From contig CAVSPA010000004.1 of NCBI GenBank assembly GCA_963729715.1, positions 64,001-128,000 of the forward strand: a DNA stretch of 64,000 nucleotides. Reading direction: 5' to 3'. The notes beneath the pieces were generated by a model. The model saw only the letters and a program-made list of their open reading frames with translations. It made no database searches and was not told where the DNA came from. The position numbers were made by a program, and so were the translations under genes. This stretch comes from an uncultured delta proteobacterium (GTDB taxonomy: Bacteria > Desulfobacterota > Syntrophia > Syntrophales > UBA2185). Of this stretch, positions 1-8,918 are shown piece by piece (the stretch's first letter is position 1; every line of letters starts with the position of its first letter).

Positions 1-2
1 AT

Positions 3-326
3 GCAGCCATCGCCCGCGAGTTTGAACGTGTCAGGGAGATGATGCACGAGGGGCGTGGTATCGCAACACCTCTCAGTTCTGCGAAGTATTTTCCTGCCAT
101 GGTTGTCGACATGATTGCCATAGGCGAGGAAACAGGAAATATAGAAGAGATGCTCCGCCAGGTGTCCGCGCACTACGATGATGAGGTAAGTTATGTTGTG
201 AAAAGGCTGTCGGATCTCATCGGTCCGATACTGGTCGCGGGGCTTGCAGTCGTGGTCCTATTTTTCGCGCTTGCCATATTTTTGCCCATGTGGGATTTAA
301 CAAAGGCAGCTCACACAATCAAATGA
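3..326 (+). CDS. pilC: Type II secretion/type IV pilus platform protein F (PilC/GspF), 3' part only
   Basis: Frame open from window start; MIAIGEETGNIEEML...HYDDEV...LAIFLPMWDL is the typical C-terminus of the T2SSF family. Confidence 0.9.
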   Translation, partial: AAIAREFERVREMMHEGRGIATPLSSAKYFPAMVVDMIAIGEETGNIEEMLRQVSAHYDDEVSYVVKRLSDLIGPILVAGLAVVVLFFALAIFLPMWDLTKAAHTIK

Positions 327-1654
327 AGAAAAAATATATTCAAGTCAGCCTTTATATACTCATTCCTTTTACCTTCAGCGCCATCTCCCTTCTGTGGGTT
401 GTCATGACCGATAATTTCGTTCAATATTATATGAAGACAATGCGGAGTCATACATGGTCCTTCGTGATGTGGGTCATGACCGTTTTCTTATTTACATATC
501 TGGTAGGTCTCCTCATTACGCGGATACTGCTCAAACCGGTTATGGCATTGGTCAAAAAGGCTGAAAGTCTCCCGGCATTCTCCGAGCAGGCAGACGGCGA
601 CGACAAGGCAAAGGGCGACGTAGAACATTACGCAAAGGTGTTTGACCAGATTGCCACGGTTTTGAGTAAAGTAGAAGCGCAAGAGTTCTTCCCCGGCATA
701 GTGGGGCACAGCAGAATCATGCGGGAAATATTCGCGCAGGTAATGAAGGTGGCGCCCACGGATTCTACAGTGCTCATAATGGGAGAAAGCGGGACGGGCA
801 AAGAACTTGTAGCTTCCGGTGTTTATGAACATAGCCTCCGCAGGGGGAGGCCTTTTGTAAAAATCAACTGTGTAGCCATACCGGAGAGTCTCCTGGAAAG
901 TGAACTTTTCGGACATGAAAAAGGGGCATTTACCGGCGCCACTTCTCAGAAGATCGGCAAATTTGAAGTGGCAAACGGCGGTACTCTTTTTCTCGATGAG
1001 ATTGGCGATATGACCCTGGCAACACAGGCAAAAATATTGCGTGTGCTCCAGGAGAAGGAGTTTGAGCGGGTCGGCGGTACGGCGACAATCAAGGTTGATG
1101 TCCGCTTTGTAATAGCTACTAATAAGAACCTCGCTGAGATGGTTAAGCAGGGTCTCTTCAGGGAAGATCTCTATTACCGTATAAATGTGTTTTCTATCTA
1201 CCTGCCCCCTCTGAGAGAGCGGAAGGAAGATATTCCCCAACTTATAGAATATTTTCTTGATAAAAGGCATAAACCGATTAAACTTTCCACCGAGGCCACT
1301 CAGATTATTGCTGGATACTCATGGCCAGGTAATGTCAGGGAACTGATGAATACCATCGAAAGGGCGGTAGTCCTCACGGATACAGGGTTGATTGAACCGG
1401 TGAATCTGCCTGCAAATGTAACGGGTTTCATGAAAGATCATATTTCTCAAGGTCCGGATTTACCTGATACTCTGACTATTGACAAACGCCTGGACGAAAT
1501 TGAAAAGGGTTTGATAATAGAGGCCCTGACCAGAACCGGCGGGGTTCAGGTTAAAGCTGCTGAGCTTCTTGGCATCAATCAGCGAAGTCTCTGGCATCGA
1601 ATAAAGAAGTATAGTATCGATACCGAATCTTTTAAAAAGCTACAAAAAATGTAG
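323..1654 (+). CDS. Sigma-54-dependent transcriptional activator (AAA+/Fis HTH) with N-terminal transmembrane helices and no receiver domain
   Basis: GESGTGKE Walker A, GAFTGA, FLDEIG, WPGNVREL, C-terminal HTH; ATG at 323 overlaps the pilC TGA (ATGA); two hydrophobic N-terminal segments. Confidence 0.9.
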   Translation: MKKKYIQVSLYILIPFTFSAISLLWVVMTDNFVQYYMKTMRSHTWSFVMWVMTVFLFTYLVGLLITRILLKPVMALVKKAESLPAFSEQADGDDKAKGDVEHYAKVFDQIATVLSKVEAQEFFPGIVGHSRIMREIFAQVMKVAPTDSTVLIMGESGTGKELVASGVYEHSLRRGRPFVKINCVAIPESLLESELFGHEKGAFTGATSQKIGKFEVANGGTLFLDEIGDMTLATQAKILRVLQEKEFERVGGTATIKVDVRFVIATNKNLAEMVKQGLFREDLYYRINVFSIYLPPLRERKEDIPQLIEYFLDKRHKPIKLSTEATQIIAGYSWPGNVRELMNTIERAVVLTDTGLIEPVNLPANVTGFMKDHISQGPDLPDTLTIDKRLDEIEKGLIIEALTRTGGVQVKAAELLGINQRSLWHRIKKYSIDTESFKKLQKM

Positions 1655-1815
1655 ATTAACCTTCAATCTTCGTAGTTTTTCTTTCATTTAGACAGAATAT
1701 TAGTTGAATAAAAAAATTTATATATCTATAATCATGTGGTATTAGATATGTAAAAACCGCGCGTTAGGTATCTATGGTAGCATATTTGATTATCTGCTTT
1801 AATTTGACTAAAAAG

Positions 1816-1831
1816 TGGCACGAAAGATGCT
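1816..1831 (+). promoter_or_regulatory. Sigma-54 (-24/-12) promoter for the pilin gene
   Basis: TGGCACGAAAGATGCT matches TGGCACG-N4-TTGC(A/T) with GG and GC 12 nt apart, ~65 nt upstream of the pilin ATG and downstream of a sigma-54 activator gene. Confidence 0.75.
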
Positions 1832-1895
1832 GTTGATGGGAATAAAATTTGCGGTCTTTTAATAATGGTATGCAAATAAAAAGGGAGGTTTTAGA

Positions 1896-2348
1896 ATGAA
1901 GCTGAGAAAGCATATTCGTAATCAGAAGGGTTTTACTCTGATTGAAATCATCGCCGTTTTGGTTATCCTGGGAATTCTTGCGGCCATCGCTATCCCGAAG
2001 TATCTGGATATGAGAACGGAAGCGGTGAGAAAAGGAGCGGCTGCTGCAACTATGGAGCTGAACGCCCGTGAAAGACTGACGCTTGCACAGTGGAAACTTA
2101 AAGACGGAGTTGGTGCGTATCCCGTTCCTGATGGACAAGGAGTAGCAGGAGATGGCGGTACCGTCAATGGCCCGAGCACCGTCCTCGGACCCGATTGGAA
2201 TAATAATGTGTCAGTTTGCCCGGCTCCAGTAAGTGGTACCCCATGTGCCGCCATTACTTTTAGCGGAAAGCAGGTTGCATTTATGTGGACTCTGGCTTCG
2301 GATCCCACGAATGAACCCGCCTACTGGAGTGTTAGCGTCCAGGATTGA
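1896..2348 (+). CDS. pilA: Type IV major pilin (prepilin)
   Basis: Class III signal KG|FTLIEIIAVLVILGILAAIAIPKY; GGGAGG RBS; own sigma-54 promoter and terminator; Cys pair in the C-terminal half. Confidence 0.85.
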   Translation: MKLRKHIRNQKGFTLIEIIAVLVILGILAAIAIPKYLDMRTEAVRKGAAAATMELNARERLTLAQWKLKDGVGAYPVPDGQGVAGDGGTVNGPSTVLGPDWNNNVSVCPAPVSGTPCAAITFSGKQVAFMWTLASDPTNEPAYWSVSVQD

Positions 2349-2441
2349 TAGTATTATTGGCATCTTAAAGTTGAGTCGATATTCAGCGTGGAAGACTTAA
2401 TTTAAGAGATATATAGTGCCTGCATGAAGCAATGCCTTTAA

Positions 2442-2476
2442 ATCAGGGGAGTGTGCAAGCTCCCCTGATCTGTTTA
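2442..2476 (+). terminator. Probable intrinsic terminator after the pilin gene
   Basis: 10-bp stem ATCAGGGGAG/CTCCCCTGAT followed by CTGTTTA. Confidence 0.6.
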
Positions 2477-2562
2477 TACTCCCTTTTGAAATGTGAAGAC
2501 AACGTCTGTTCAACAAGCCCTTGTCGGATTAATTTTTATGCTTTGTTCCCACGTATCAGAAG

Positions 2563-4704
2563 ATGCAGACGAGTGACAGCGGCTATGAATTGCATATCCC
2601 TTGGCATTTTCCTAATTTCAGGAAATACGCTTTTTTCTTTATTTCTGTCCTGATCTTGCTCCTGGCTGTTTACGGTAACAGCTTTCACGGGGAATGGCAT
2701 TTTGACGACATCCCCAATATCATCCAAAATCCCGTCGTACATCTAAAGGATCCTTCGTTTAGAGGAATTTATAATGCATTTCGCACCCGCGGGGATCTGA
2801 TACGGCCGGTATCCTATCTTAGTCTTGCCATAAACTATTACTTCAGCGGCTTTGAACCCTTCGGTTATCACCTGATTAACTTTATTATTCATTACGTGAC
2901 AGCCATTTTCTTATTCCTCTTTATCCTTAATACGCTGAAACTGCCTCTGCTGAAGGATCTGTATGGAGAGAAGGCCTACGCGATATCCGCACTGGCAACT
3001 GTCTTTTGGGCGATTAATCCCCTACAGGTGCTGGCAGTAAGCTACGTAGTTCAGAGAATGACGAGCATGACGGGAATGTTTTACATCGCCGCCATGTACT
3101 TCTATCTCAAGGGACGTACTGTGGAGGGAATAAGAAATAAATTGTCCTTTTTCTTCTGCTGCGCTGTGTCAACGCTTCTTGCCTTTGGAAGCAAGGAGAC
3201 GGCCGCCATGGTGCCAGTCAGTATTTATATCTATGATCTTTTTTTAATCCAGGGTGCGGAGAGAGATAACGTAAGAAAGAATCTCAAATTTGCATTTATC
3301 CCTTTCGCCCTAGTTATTATCCTTGCCAATTTGTATTTAAATCTGTCGACAATTCTAAACGACTACCAGATCCGTCCCTATACTCTGGGCGAGAGATTAT
3401 TAACGGAACCGAGAGTCATAATCTTTTATATCAGCCTTCTCCTTTATCCGATCAGTTCCCGGTTCACTCTCCTCCATGATTTTGATATATCCAGATCCCT
3501 GATAGACCCGTGGACGACCATGCCGGCGATCCTGGTCGTCGTATTTTGTGTTGGTTACGCGCTTACAGTCGCCAGGAAAAGACCACTGATCTCTTTCTGT
3601 ATCCTTTTTTTCTTTTTGAATCATTTGATTGAGGGATCGTTTGTCCCGGTAGAGATTATTTACGAGCACAGAAACTATGTCCCTTCAATGCTCTTTTTTG
3701 TACCCGTGGTCATTCTGCTGCTGAGAATACTGGACTACTTTAATCATAAGAAGGCAATCCGCAGGCTTTTGGTCTTCGGCATCACATTTGTTCTTGTCGC
3801 AGAGGGACACACGGTCTACATGAGAAATGAAATCTTGAAGACGGATACGGCGTTATGGATGGATAATATCGGGAAATATCCTAGGCTCAGCCGGCCTCAC
3901 AATAATCTGGGCATGAATTATATCAGGCAGGGAATGAGCGAGGCCGGTATGGGACAGTTTATAGAGGCACTACGGCTAAACAGGTATGAGAATTTTGTCC
4001 AGTTCGCAAGAACCGAAGGCAATATTGGCAATTACTACGTTAATGCGGGAAGAGATGATTTAGCTCTTGAGCACTATCAAAAGGCCATACGCATTAATCC
4101 GTCCATTGCGCAGTCCTACGTGGACATTGCCAAGATCAATCTAAGAATGGGAAATATTGATGACGCCTACACATATATCAAAAAGGGACTGAAGCTTTAT
4201 CCCTACCAAGTTGAGTATGGCGAGGTCTACTCAGTGATTTTACTGAAAATGGGAGATAACAGGCAGGCAATAATCGAGTCAAGTAAGGTGTTGCAGCGAG
4301 ATTTCAACAGGATATTTCCGCGCCTGGTTCTGGCGGAAGTACAATGGCAAAAAAAAAGCTATGACAGCGCAATACGTAATTTGAAAGATGTAGTAGAGAA
4401 GCATCCCCTGTTTGCTCAAGCATATCTTTTTCTGATAGACTTATATGACGAAAAAGGCGACAAGGACGCCCTGGAGGAGGCAGTGTCCAGCCTCATTTAT
4501 CTGAAGGGAGATGAGAAAATCGAGGACTTCGTCCGTCAATCCGCAGGCAACAAATTTTCGTCTGTCCATGCAATCGACACAGAAAAGACGTTATCAATAA
4601 TCAAACGAACCCTCATGTCACAGGCGAAGGAAATCAAAACAAGGGGCAGATTTGCTGTTTCATTAAAAAGGAAGCCACGGACAGTAGCCCCAGGGCAGGA
4701 TTGA
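2563..4704 (+). CDS. Multi-TM GT-C-fold (TMTC-like) protein with C-terminal TPR repeats; candidate pilin glycosyltransferase
   Basis: DD motif in first loop (WHFDDIPNI), many TM helices, YEHRNYVPS motif, TPR repeats (HNNLG, ALEHYQKAIRINP). Confidence 0.75.
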   Translation: MQTSDSGYELHIPWHFPNFRKYAFFFISVLILLLAVYGNSFHGEWHFDDIPNIIQNPVVHLKDPSFRGIYNAFRTRGDLIRPVSYLSLAINYYFSGFEPFGYHLINFIIHYVTAIFLFLFILNTLKLPLLKDLYGEKAYAISALATVFWAINPLQVLAVSYVVQRMTSMTGMFYIAAMYFYLKGRTVEGIRNKLSFFFCCAVSTLLAFGSKETAAMVPVSIYIYDLFLIQGAERDNVRKNLKFAFIPFALVIILANLYLNLSTILNDYQIRPYTLGERLLTEPRVIIFYISLLLYPISSRFTLLHDFDISRSLIDPWTTMPAILVVVFCVGYALTVARKRPLISFCILFFFLNHLIEGSFVPVEIIYEHRNYVPSMLFFVPVVILLLRILDYFNHKKAIRRLLVFGITFVLVAEGHTVYMRNEILKTDTALWMDNIGKYPRLSRPHNNLGMNYIRQGMSEAGMGQFIEALRLNRYENFVQFARTEGNIGNYYVNAGRDDLALEHYQKAIRINPSIAQSYVDIAKINLRMGNIDDAYTYIKKGLKLYPYQVEYGEVYSVILLKMGDNRQAIIESSKVLQRDFNRIFPRLVLAEVQWQKKSYDSAIRNLKDVVEKHPLFAQAYLFLIDLYDEKGDKDALEEAVSSLIYLKGDEKIEDFVRQSAGNKFSSVHAIDTEKTLSIIKRTLMSQAKEIKTRGRFAVSLKRKPRTVAPGQD

Positions 4705-4745
4705 CAGGTATTACAAGAACCTTGACGATGATGGTTTTTGGTTTT

Positions 4746-4806
4746 CGCTCGCGCTCAGGCCCCTTCGCGGGGGCAACGAGCGTAAAGCCTCCGGCTTTGC
4801 CGGAGG
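4746..4806. repeat. GC-rich hairpins between convergent genes (REP-like or bidirectional terminator)
   Basis: Perfect CCTCCGGC-TTT-GCCGGAGG at 4788-4806, plus GCCCCTTCGCGGGGGC nested within CGCTCG..CGAGCG. Confidence 0.55.
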
Positions 4807-4816
4807 ATATTTACTT

Positions 4817-5065
4817 TTAAGTATTTGATGTAGACAATGGTACGGCTACAAGTTCTCCCGTAGCTTCGTTGACTATGGATATCTGGCCATTATCCTCTTT
4901 CTGCAGTTGCTCATTAGCATTCAGGAGTTCAATGCCATAGACTGTTCCGTCCGGGGCAATATCGACGATCAACTCATCGCTGATTTTGACGGATTCTACT
5001 TCTTTGCTTTTCACCTTGAAACGAATATAAGCAATGTTATAGCGCGGATCATAACTGAATCTCAT
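4817..5065 (-). CDS. DUF2283-family protein (putative antitoxin)
   Basis: MRFSYDPRYNIAYIRF...IVDIAPDGTVYGIELLNA signature; follows a DUF4258-like ORF. Confidence 0.75.
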   Translation of the reverse strand: MRFSYDPRYNIAYIRFKVKSKEVESVKISDELIVDIAPDGTVYGIELLNANEQLQKEDNGQISIVNEATGELVAVPLSTSNT

Positions 5066-5079
5066 AAATTATCTCCTTT

Positions 5080-5300
5080 TTAGAAAAACCGAGTGACAAC
5101 TGTTACTACGAGCCATGCATCAATTTCTTGAACAGCGTAAACCTCAACCTGCTTTGTGTTATAATATCGACCAAGTCTCTCACTGTTGAATGGAAAGTTG
5201 CGCCTGAATCCTGTTCGTCCATGTTTAGCGGGGAAACTTTCATCACATTCTACCGTCGCCATGACTTCCTCAATCTTTGCTCCACGTTCTCGAATTCGAT
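5080..5300 (-). pseudogene. DUF4258-like (putative toxin) gene, 5' end apparently disrupted
   Basis: ERGAKIEEVMATVE...PAKHGRTGFRRNF...WLVVTVVTRFF resembles the family, but the upstream frame runs into a hairpin repeat without a clear start; only a 60-aa ORF (5080-5262) remains. Confidence 0.5.
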
Positions 5301-5309
5301 AGCGAGCGC

Positions 5310-5407
5310 ATGCCGCGTAGCGTGCTGCGGGGTAAGCGAGCGAATGACGAACGGGACTGTTCCTTAAGAATCGAAGATTCTCCGCGGCTTGCCACGGAGA
5401 GCTTCAA
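5310..5407. repeat. Double-hairpin REP/MITE-like element
   Basis: Hairpins CCGCGTAGCGTGCTGCGG (5313-5330) and TCTCCGCGGCTTGCCACGGAGA (5379-5400). Confidence 0.5.
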
Positions 5408-5435
5408 CAGAATTTTCACTGGTTCAGAGAAATCA

Positions 5436-5750
5436 CTATAAAATTTTCAGCCTCAGCAACTTTTTCATAGTTTCATAGACATCGACTTTCGCCCCTTCTT
5501 TTCTGATACCCACGGCGATGACCATAACCATTATTGTCTCTGTCTTTACCTCATAGATAACTCTATAGCGGCCGGCGGCATGGATAGTGCGGAACCTGGC
5601 AAGGTTGCCGGATAGCTGTTTTCCGTGTGTATCCGGTGACTCTTTCAAGCTTTCAATCTTGCGGGAGATGACGGTTCTTGTTTTGACATCGAGAGTGCCG
5701 AGGTATTTTTTTGATTCATCAGAGAGGATGATTTTATAGGTCAATGGCAA
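5436..5750 (-). CDS. Type II TA toxin, RelE/ParE family
   Basis: YKIILSDESKKYL...GKQLSGNLARFRTI...YRVIYEV...VIAVGIR; overlaps the upstream antitoxin. Confidence 0.85.
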   Translation of the reverse strand: MPLTYKIILSDESKKYLGTLDVKTRTVISRKIESLKESPDTHGKQLSGNLARFRTIHAAGRYRVIYEVKTETIMVMVIAVGIRKEGAKVDVYETMKKLLRLKIL

Positions 5751-6006
5751 GCTCCTTTTTTGCAGTATCCCAATCTGTCACACGTCCGAATTTAATATCA
5801 TTCACTGCTTTTTTCAGAGATTTCATGAGGACGGGATCATTCAAGATAGCCATTGTTTCGTTCAGGGATTCGTAAAAATTCCAGGACATAAGCGCAAAGA
5901 CCTGTTTCCCCCGGGATGTTATTGATATGGTTTCATCCGGTCCGATTTCTTTGTGTAATTCATTTAATCTTCGCCTCGCTTCAGATATTTGAATTTGTCT
6001 GATCAT
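5734..6006 (-). CDS. Type II TA antitoxin, Phd/YefM family
   Basis: ISEARRRLNEL...ITSRGKQVFALMS...YESLNETMAIL; GGAGG RBS. Confidence 0.85.
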   Translation of the reverse strand: MIRQIQISEARRRLNELHKEIGPDETISITSRGKQVFALMSWNFYESLNETMAILNDPVLMKSLKKAVNDIKFGRVTDWDTAKKELAIDL

Positions 6007-6040
6007 TTTATTTAGCGCCTCCTTTCTTAAGGGTCTTTTA

Positions 6041-6069
6041 TTTGTACATCTAAAGAACTCTTAAATCAA
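6041..6069 (-). promoter_or_regulatory. Putative sigma-70 promoter of the TA operon with overlapping TGTACA palindrome
   Basis: Minus strand TTGATT-N17-TACAAA; TGTACA (6043-6048) is the operator core known for YefM-type antitoxins. Confidence 0.4.
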
Positions 6070-6215
6070 GCTGAAAAAAAGACAATTAAATCGAAGCAAA
6101 ATGGGGACGTTTATTTGGACATCGCAGCTATAAGCAATACCGATTAAATAGTTGCATTTCAGCTCCTCAAGCCAATCACTTTCCCCTTGAAGTTTTCAAC
6201 GTTTCAGAATATTTT

Positions 6216-6767
6216 ATGATCATGAGACTGTTCCGAAGAAAAGCCAATAAGGACAAAGGATTTACCATGATCGAACTGGTGGTGGTTTGTGTTGTGCTTT
6301 TAATCTTCACCATGGTTGTTTGGAGTACATATCAATATAGTAATGCAATCACAGACAAATTGATAGCCGAGACGGACGGATTAAAGGTGAGCCTTCGATT
6401 TGCGCAGATGCAAGCATTTAATAACGATACGGCCCCATGGGGGATTTCCTTTTCAACTAATACAACTTACAGACTTTATGCGAATAATGTTGATGCATCA
6501 ATGACGATTCCTGTTAAGGGCCAGACGAATGATTCAGGGGACCCAGTTACGCTCGCATGTCCGCAGAACTGTCATCAATTGTCAGGAAATGTGCAAATAA
6601 CATCTACGGTGCCAATAATTAATTTTGATAAGTGGGGGAGGCCTTTAGATGGTGCAGGTAATCTTTTGACGCAGGATACGCCGATAATGCTTGCTGTAGT
6701 AGTTCAAGGTCAAGTAACTGATACGTATACATTTAATGTCAGCAAAAACACGGGGTTCATTTATTGA
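6216..6767 (+). CDS. Minor pilin, FimT/GspH-like
   Basis: KG|FTMIELVVV; SLRFAQMQA; INFDKWGRP. Confidence 0.8.
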   Translation: MIMRLFRRKANKDKGFTMIELVVVCVVLLIFTMVVWSTYQYSNAITDKLIAETDGLKVSLRFAQMQAFNNDTAPWGISFSTNTTYRLYANNVDASMTIPVKGQTNDSGDPVTLACPQNCHQLSGNVQITSTVPIINFDKWGRPLDGAGNLLTQDTPIMLAVVVQGQVTDTYTFNVSKNTGFIY

Positions 6768-7606
6768 TGCGCCGTAAGATCATTAATCAATCCGGTTTCA
6801 CGCTCATCGAAATCATAGCAACCGTTGTTATCTTGGCGGCTTTCAGCGCCATGATGCTGATGTTGTTTTCTGATTCGTTGATAACAAGCAGCGGTAACAT
6901 GATGAGGACATCGAAATCTTCTGACCTCAGCAATGTGATGGCGAATATCTATGCGGATTACAGGCCGTATCCGGTATGGCAACCGTCAACAAATTATTCT
7001 TCTACAAATCCTACAAGTAAAATATTTCCAAGGGGTATGAATGGCCGGTTTTACATATGCAAGCCAGGCAGTAGCGGTACAAGCGGCCTATCGGAACCGA
7101 CCCAATGGAGCGATTCAGGAGATACACCGGATAACCAGGTCACCTGGAATGCGGGTGTATGGCAACCATCAACACCATATAACGTATGTGATATCGTCAT
7201 TCCAAGAACTCCCAATGGCCATTTCTATCGATGCTGGCAACCCGGAATGAGCTGCGGAACTCCTTGTGGTACAAGCGGCCTCCTAGCCAATGAGCCATCT
7301 TGGCCTACGATAAATGGAGACCCTTCGTCGTTGACCGATAACACGGCTCAATGGATGGAGCTCCTCGTATATCTGAATCAACAAATTGGTACGGCTGATT
7401 CAGCTAAAAAAATTACTGGTTACGGGCAATATTATGTTCTTGAGAATAGGTTCGTCTACTTTGATAACAACAATGTAATACAGCCTATCAATGCGGGTGC
7501 CCCCCAGAACATTCTTGAAGTAAAGTTACAAAGCGTTGGGACAAGTTCTGTTGGTACTGATTGCCCCGGAGAACAGATACTGACAACCCTTTTCACAGCT
7601 TATTAG
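6764..7606 (+). CDS. Minor pilin (PilV/GspI position) with two internal Trp-rich repeats
   Basis: SG|FTLIEIIATVVIL; two VWQPST-x-Y...NG-x-FY-x-C...GTSG...EP..W repeats. Confidence 0.8.
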   Translation: MMRRKIINQSGFTLIEIIATVVILAAFSAMMLMLFSDSLITSSGNMMRTSKSSDLSNVMANIYADYRPYPVWQPSTNYSSTNPTSKIFPRGMNGRFYICKPGSSGTSGLSEPTQWSDSGDTPDNQVTWNAGVWQPSTPYNVCDIVIPRTPNGHFYRCWQPGMSCGTPCGTSGLLANEPSWPTINGDPSSLTDNTAQWMELLVYLNQQIGTADSAKKITGYGQYYVLENRFVYFDNNNVIQPINAGAPQNILEVKLQSVGTSSVGTDCPGEQILTTLFTAY

Positions 7607-7613
7607 ATGGTCT

Positions 7614-8219
7614 ATGAAGAAAAAAAAACCCGATAATCATGGATTCACACTGATTGAAATTATTGTGTCGATGGTCGTACTCGCCATTCTTGGTGTGATT
7701 GCTGGGAGAGGAATGGTGGAAATGGCAAGTGGATATGTGTTGTCAAAGAAGAACGCCACAGTGGCACAACTGGGACAAATTACCGTAGATAGACTTAAGG
7801 AGGAATTTTCGTCAATCCAGTCTATTACATGTGGTGGGCCAAGTATTATTACATACAGTATCCAGAGAAGTGCTGCGGAAGGATATGTTCAATCATCGGT
7901 ATACTTGGTCGGCGGGAATAACCCCACGCTATATTTATTAACGCCTGGTTGTACCGATTGCACATCATGTATAGGCGGTGACAAATTGGCAGATAGTATC
8001 AGTAACTTCACCTTGAGTTACTGCAACACCCCTTCTATTACAACAACTGCAAACTGTTCAGCGACATTCCCTAATAGTCCTAATTTTTCACAAGGGACGC
8101 TTTCGTTTGTAAAATTTACATTAAAACTGACCGGGTATGGCCCCACACCAACAAGCATGGCCACAATATCGGTAGCCAATCCAGATATTGTCTTTTTGAA
8201 TCTGGAGTCAGGGAGCTGA
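7614..8219 (+). CDS. Minor pilin, PilW/GspJ-like
   Basis: HG|FTLIEIIVSMVVLAILG; several Cys. Confidence 0.8.
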   Translation: MKKKKPDNHGFTLIEIIVSMVVLAILGVIAGRGMVEMASGYVLSKKNATVAQLGQITVDRLKEEFSSIQSITCGGPSIITYSIQRSAAEGYVQSSVYLVGGNNPTLYLLTPGCTDCTSCIGGDKLADSISNFTLSYCNTPSITTTANCSATFPNSPNFSQGTLSFVKFTLKLTGYGPTPTSMATISVANPDIVFLNLESGS

Positions 8220-8221
8220 GC

Positions 8222-8590
8222 GTGTCTATCTCTAACAAGAGAGGAAATGTACTGGTATTTTTAATTAGCGGAATAGCAATGGCCGCTGCAATAGGGATAG
8301 GCATGTTTTATATGATATCAACACAATCATTGGGACAGGCGTTTGGGAGCGAAACGAATCGCGCCTACTATCTCGCCCTGGCCGGCAAGGAATACGTTAT
8401 TGCCAACGGGTACAACTATAGCGCAATTGTCCAGTACGGTAACGACTTCACCGTGTCTAACACGGAGCATTTTTCTATTTCCAGCACTGATGGCATTAAC
8501 TTTAAATCAACGGGAATAGTCAACGAGGGTACACCGTTTGAAGCGAGAAGAACCATCAATGTCCCACCATACAGTACCACTGGTCCCTAA
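8222..8590 (+). CDS. PilX/GspK-like minor pilin (short)
   Basis: GTG start after GGGAG; RG|NVLVFLI without E5; RAYYLALAG motif typical of the PilX N-terminus. Confidence 0.65.
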   Translation: MSISNKRGNVLVFLISGIAMAAAIGIGMFYMISTQSLGQAFGSETNRAYYLALAGKEYVIANGYNYSAIVQYGNDFTVSNTEHFSISSTDGINFKSTGIVNEGTPFEARRTINVPPYSTTGP

Positions 8591-8918
8591 AACCCATCCA
8601 GTTTTTATGTGAAAAATAAACCTCTCCCCGGACAGTCATCCTCTCTCCGGTAGTGGATGTCAGTTCCTCTGCTGCAAGTGGCATGCAATTTGTCAACATT
8701 GGATCACAGCAAGGATTCATTGAGACGATTGTCAACCTGTGCAGTTCTTAATGGTGTTAAAAAAGATTTTAAGGCGGGATAACGGAAGGGTTTACTTGGG
8801 CGGGAAATAGAGGGGATTTATTTATCGATTACGGCGAAATGAGTTCTTCACGCGGTAAATAGGGCAGGGGTAGCGAGCCGCATAATCGGCTCTAAACTTT
8901 AATTAATGCCAGTTTATC

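Noticed and set aside
488..1270. Long antisense ORFs (488-1270, 12763-13353, 15666-16310, 17632-18282, 55044-55637 and similar)
   Set aside because: They lie opposite well-supported genes and show no recognisable motifs
1896..2348. Electrically conductive (e-pilus) pilin
   Set aside because: Hand count gives 10 aromatic residues in 138 mature residues (~7%), with long aromatic-free gaps and no aromatic at position 27; not convincing
8679..8694. Second sigma-54 promoter TGGCATGCAATTTGTC
   Set aside because: The -12 GC is missing and no + strand gene follows
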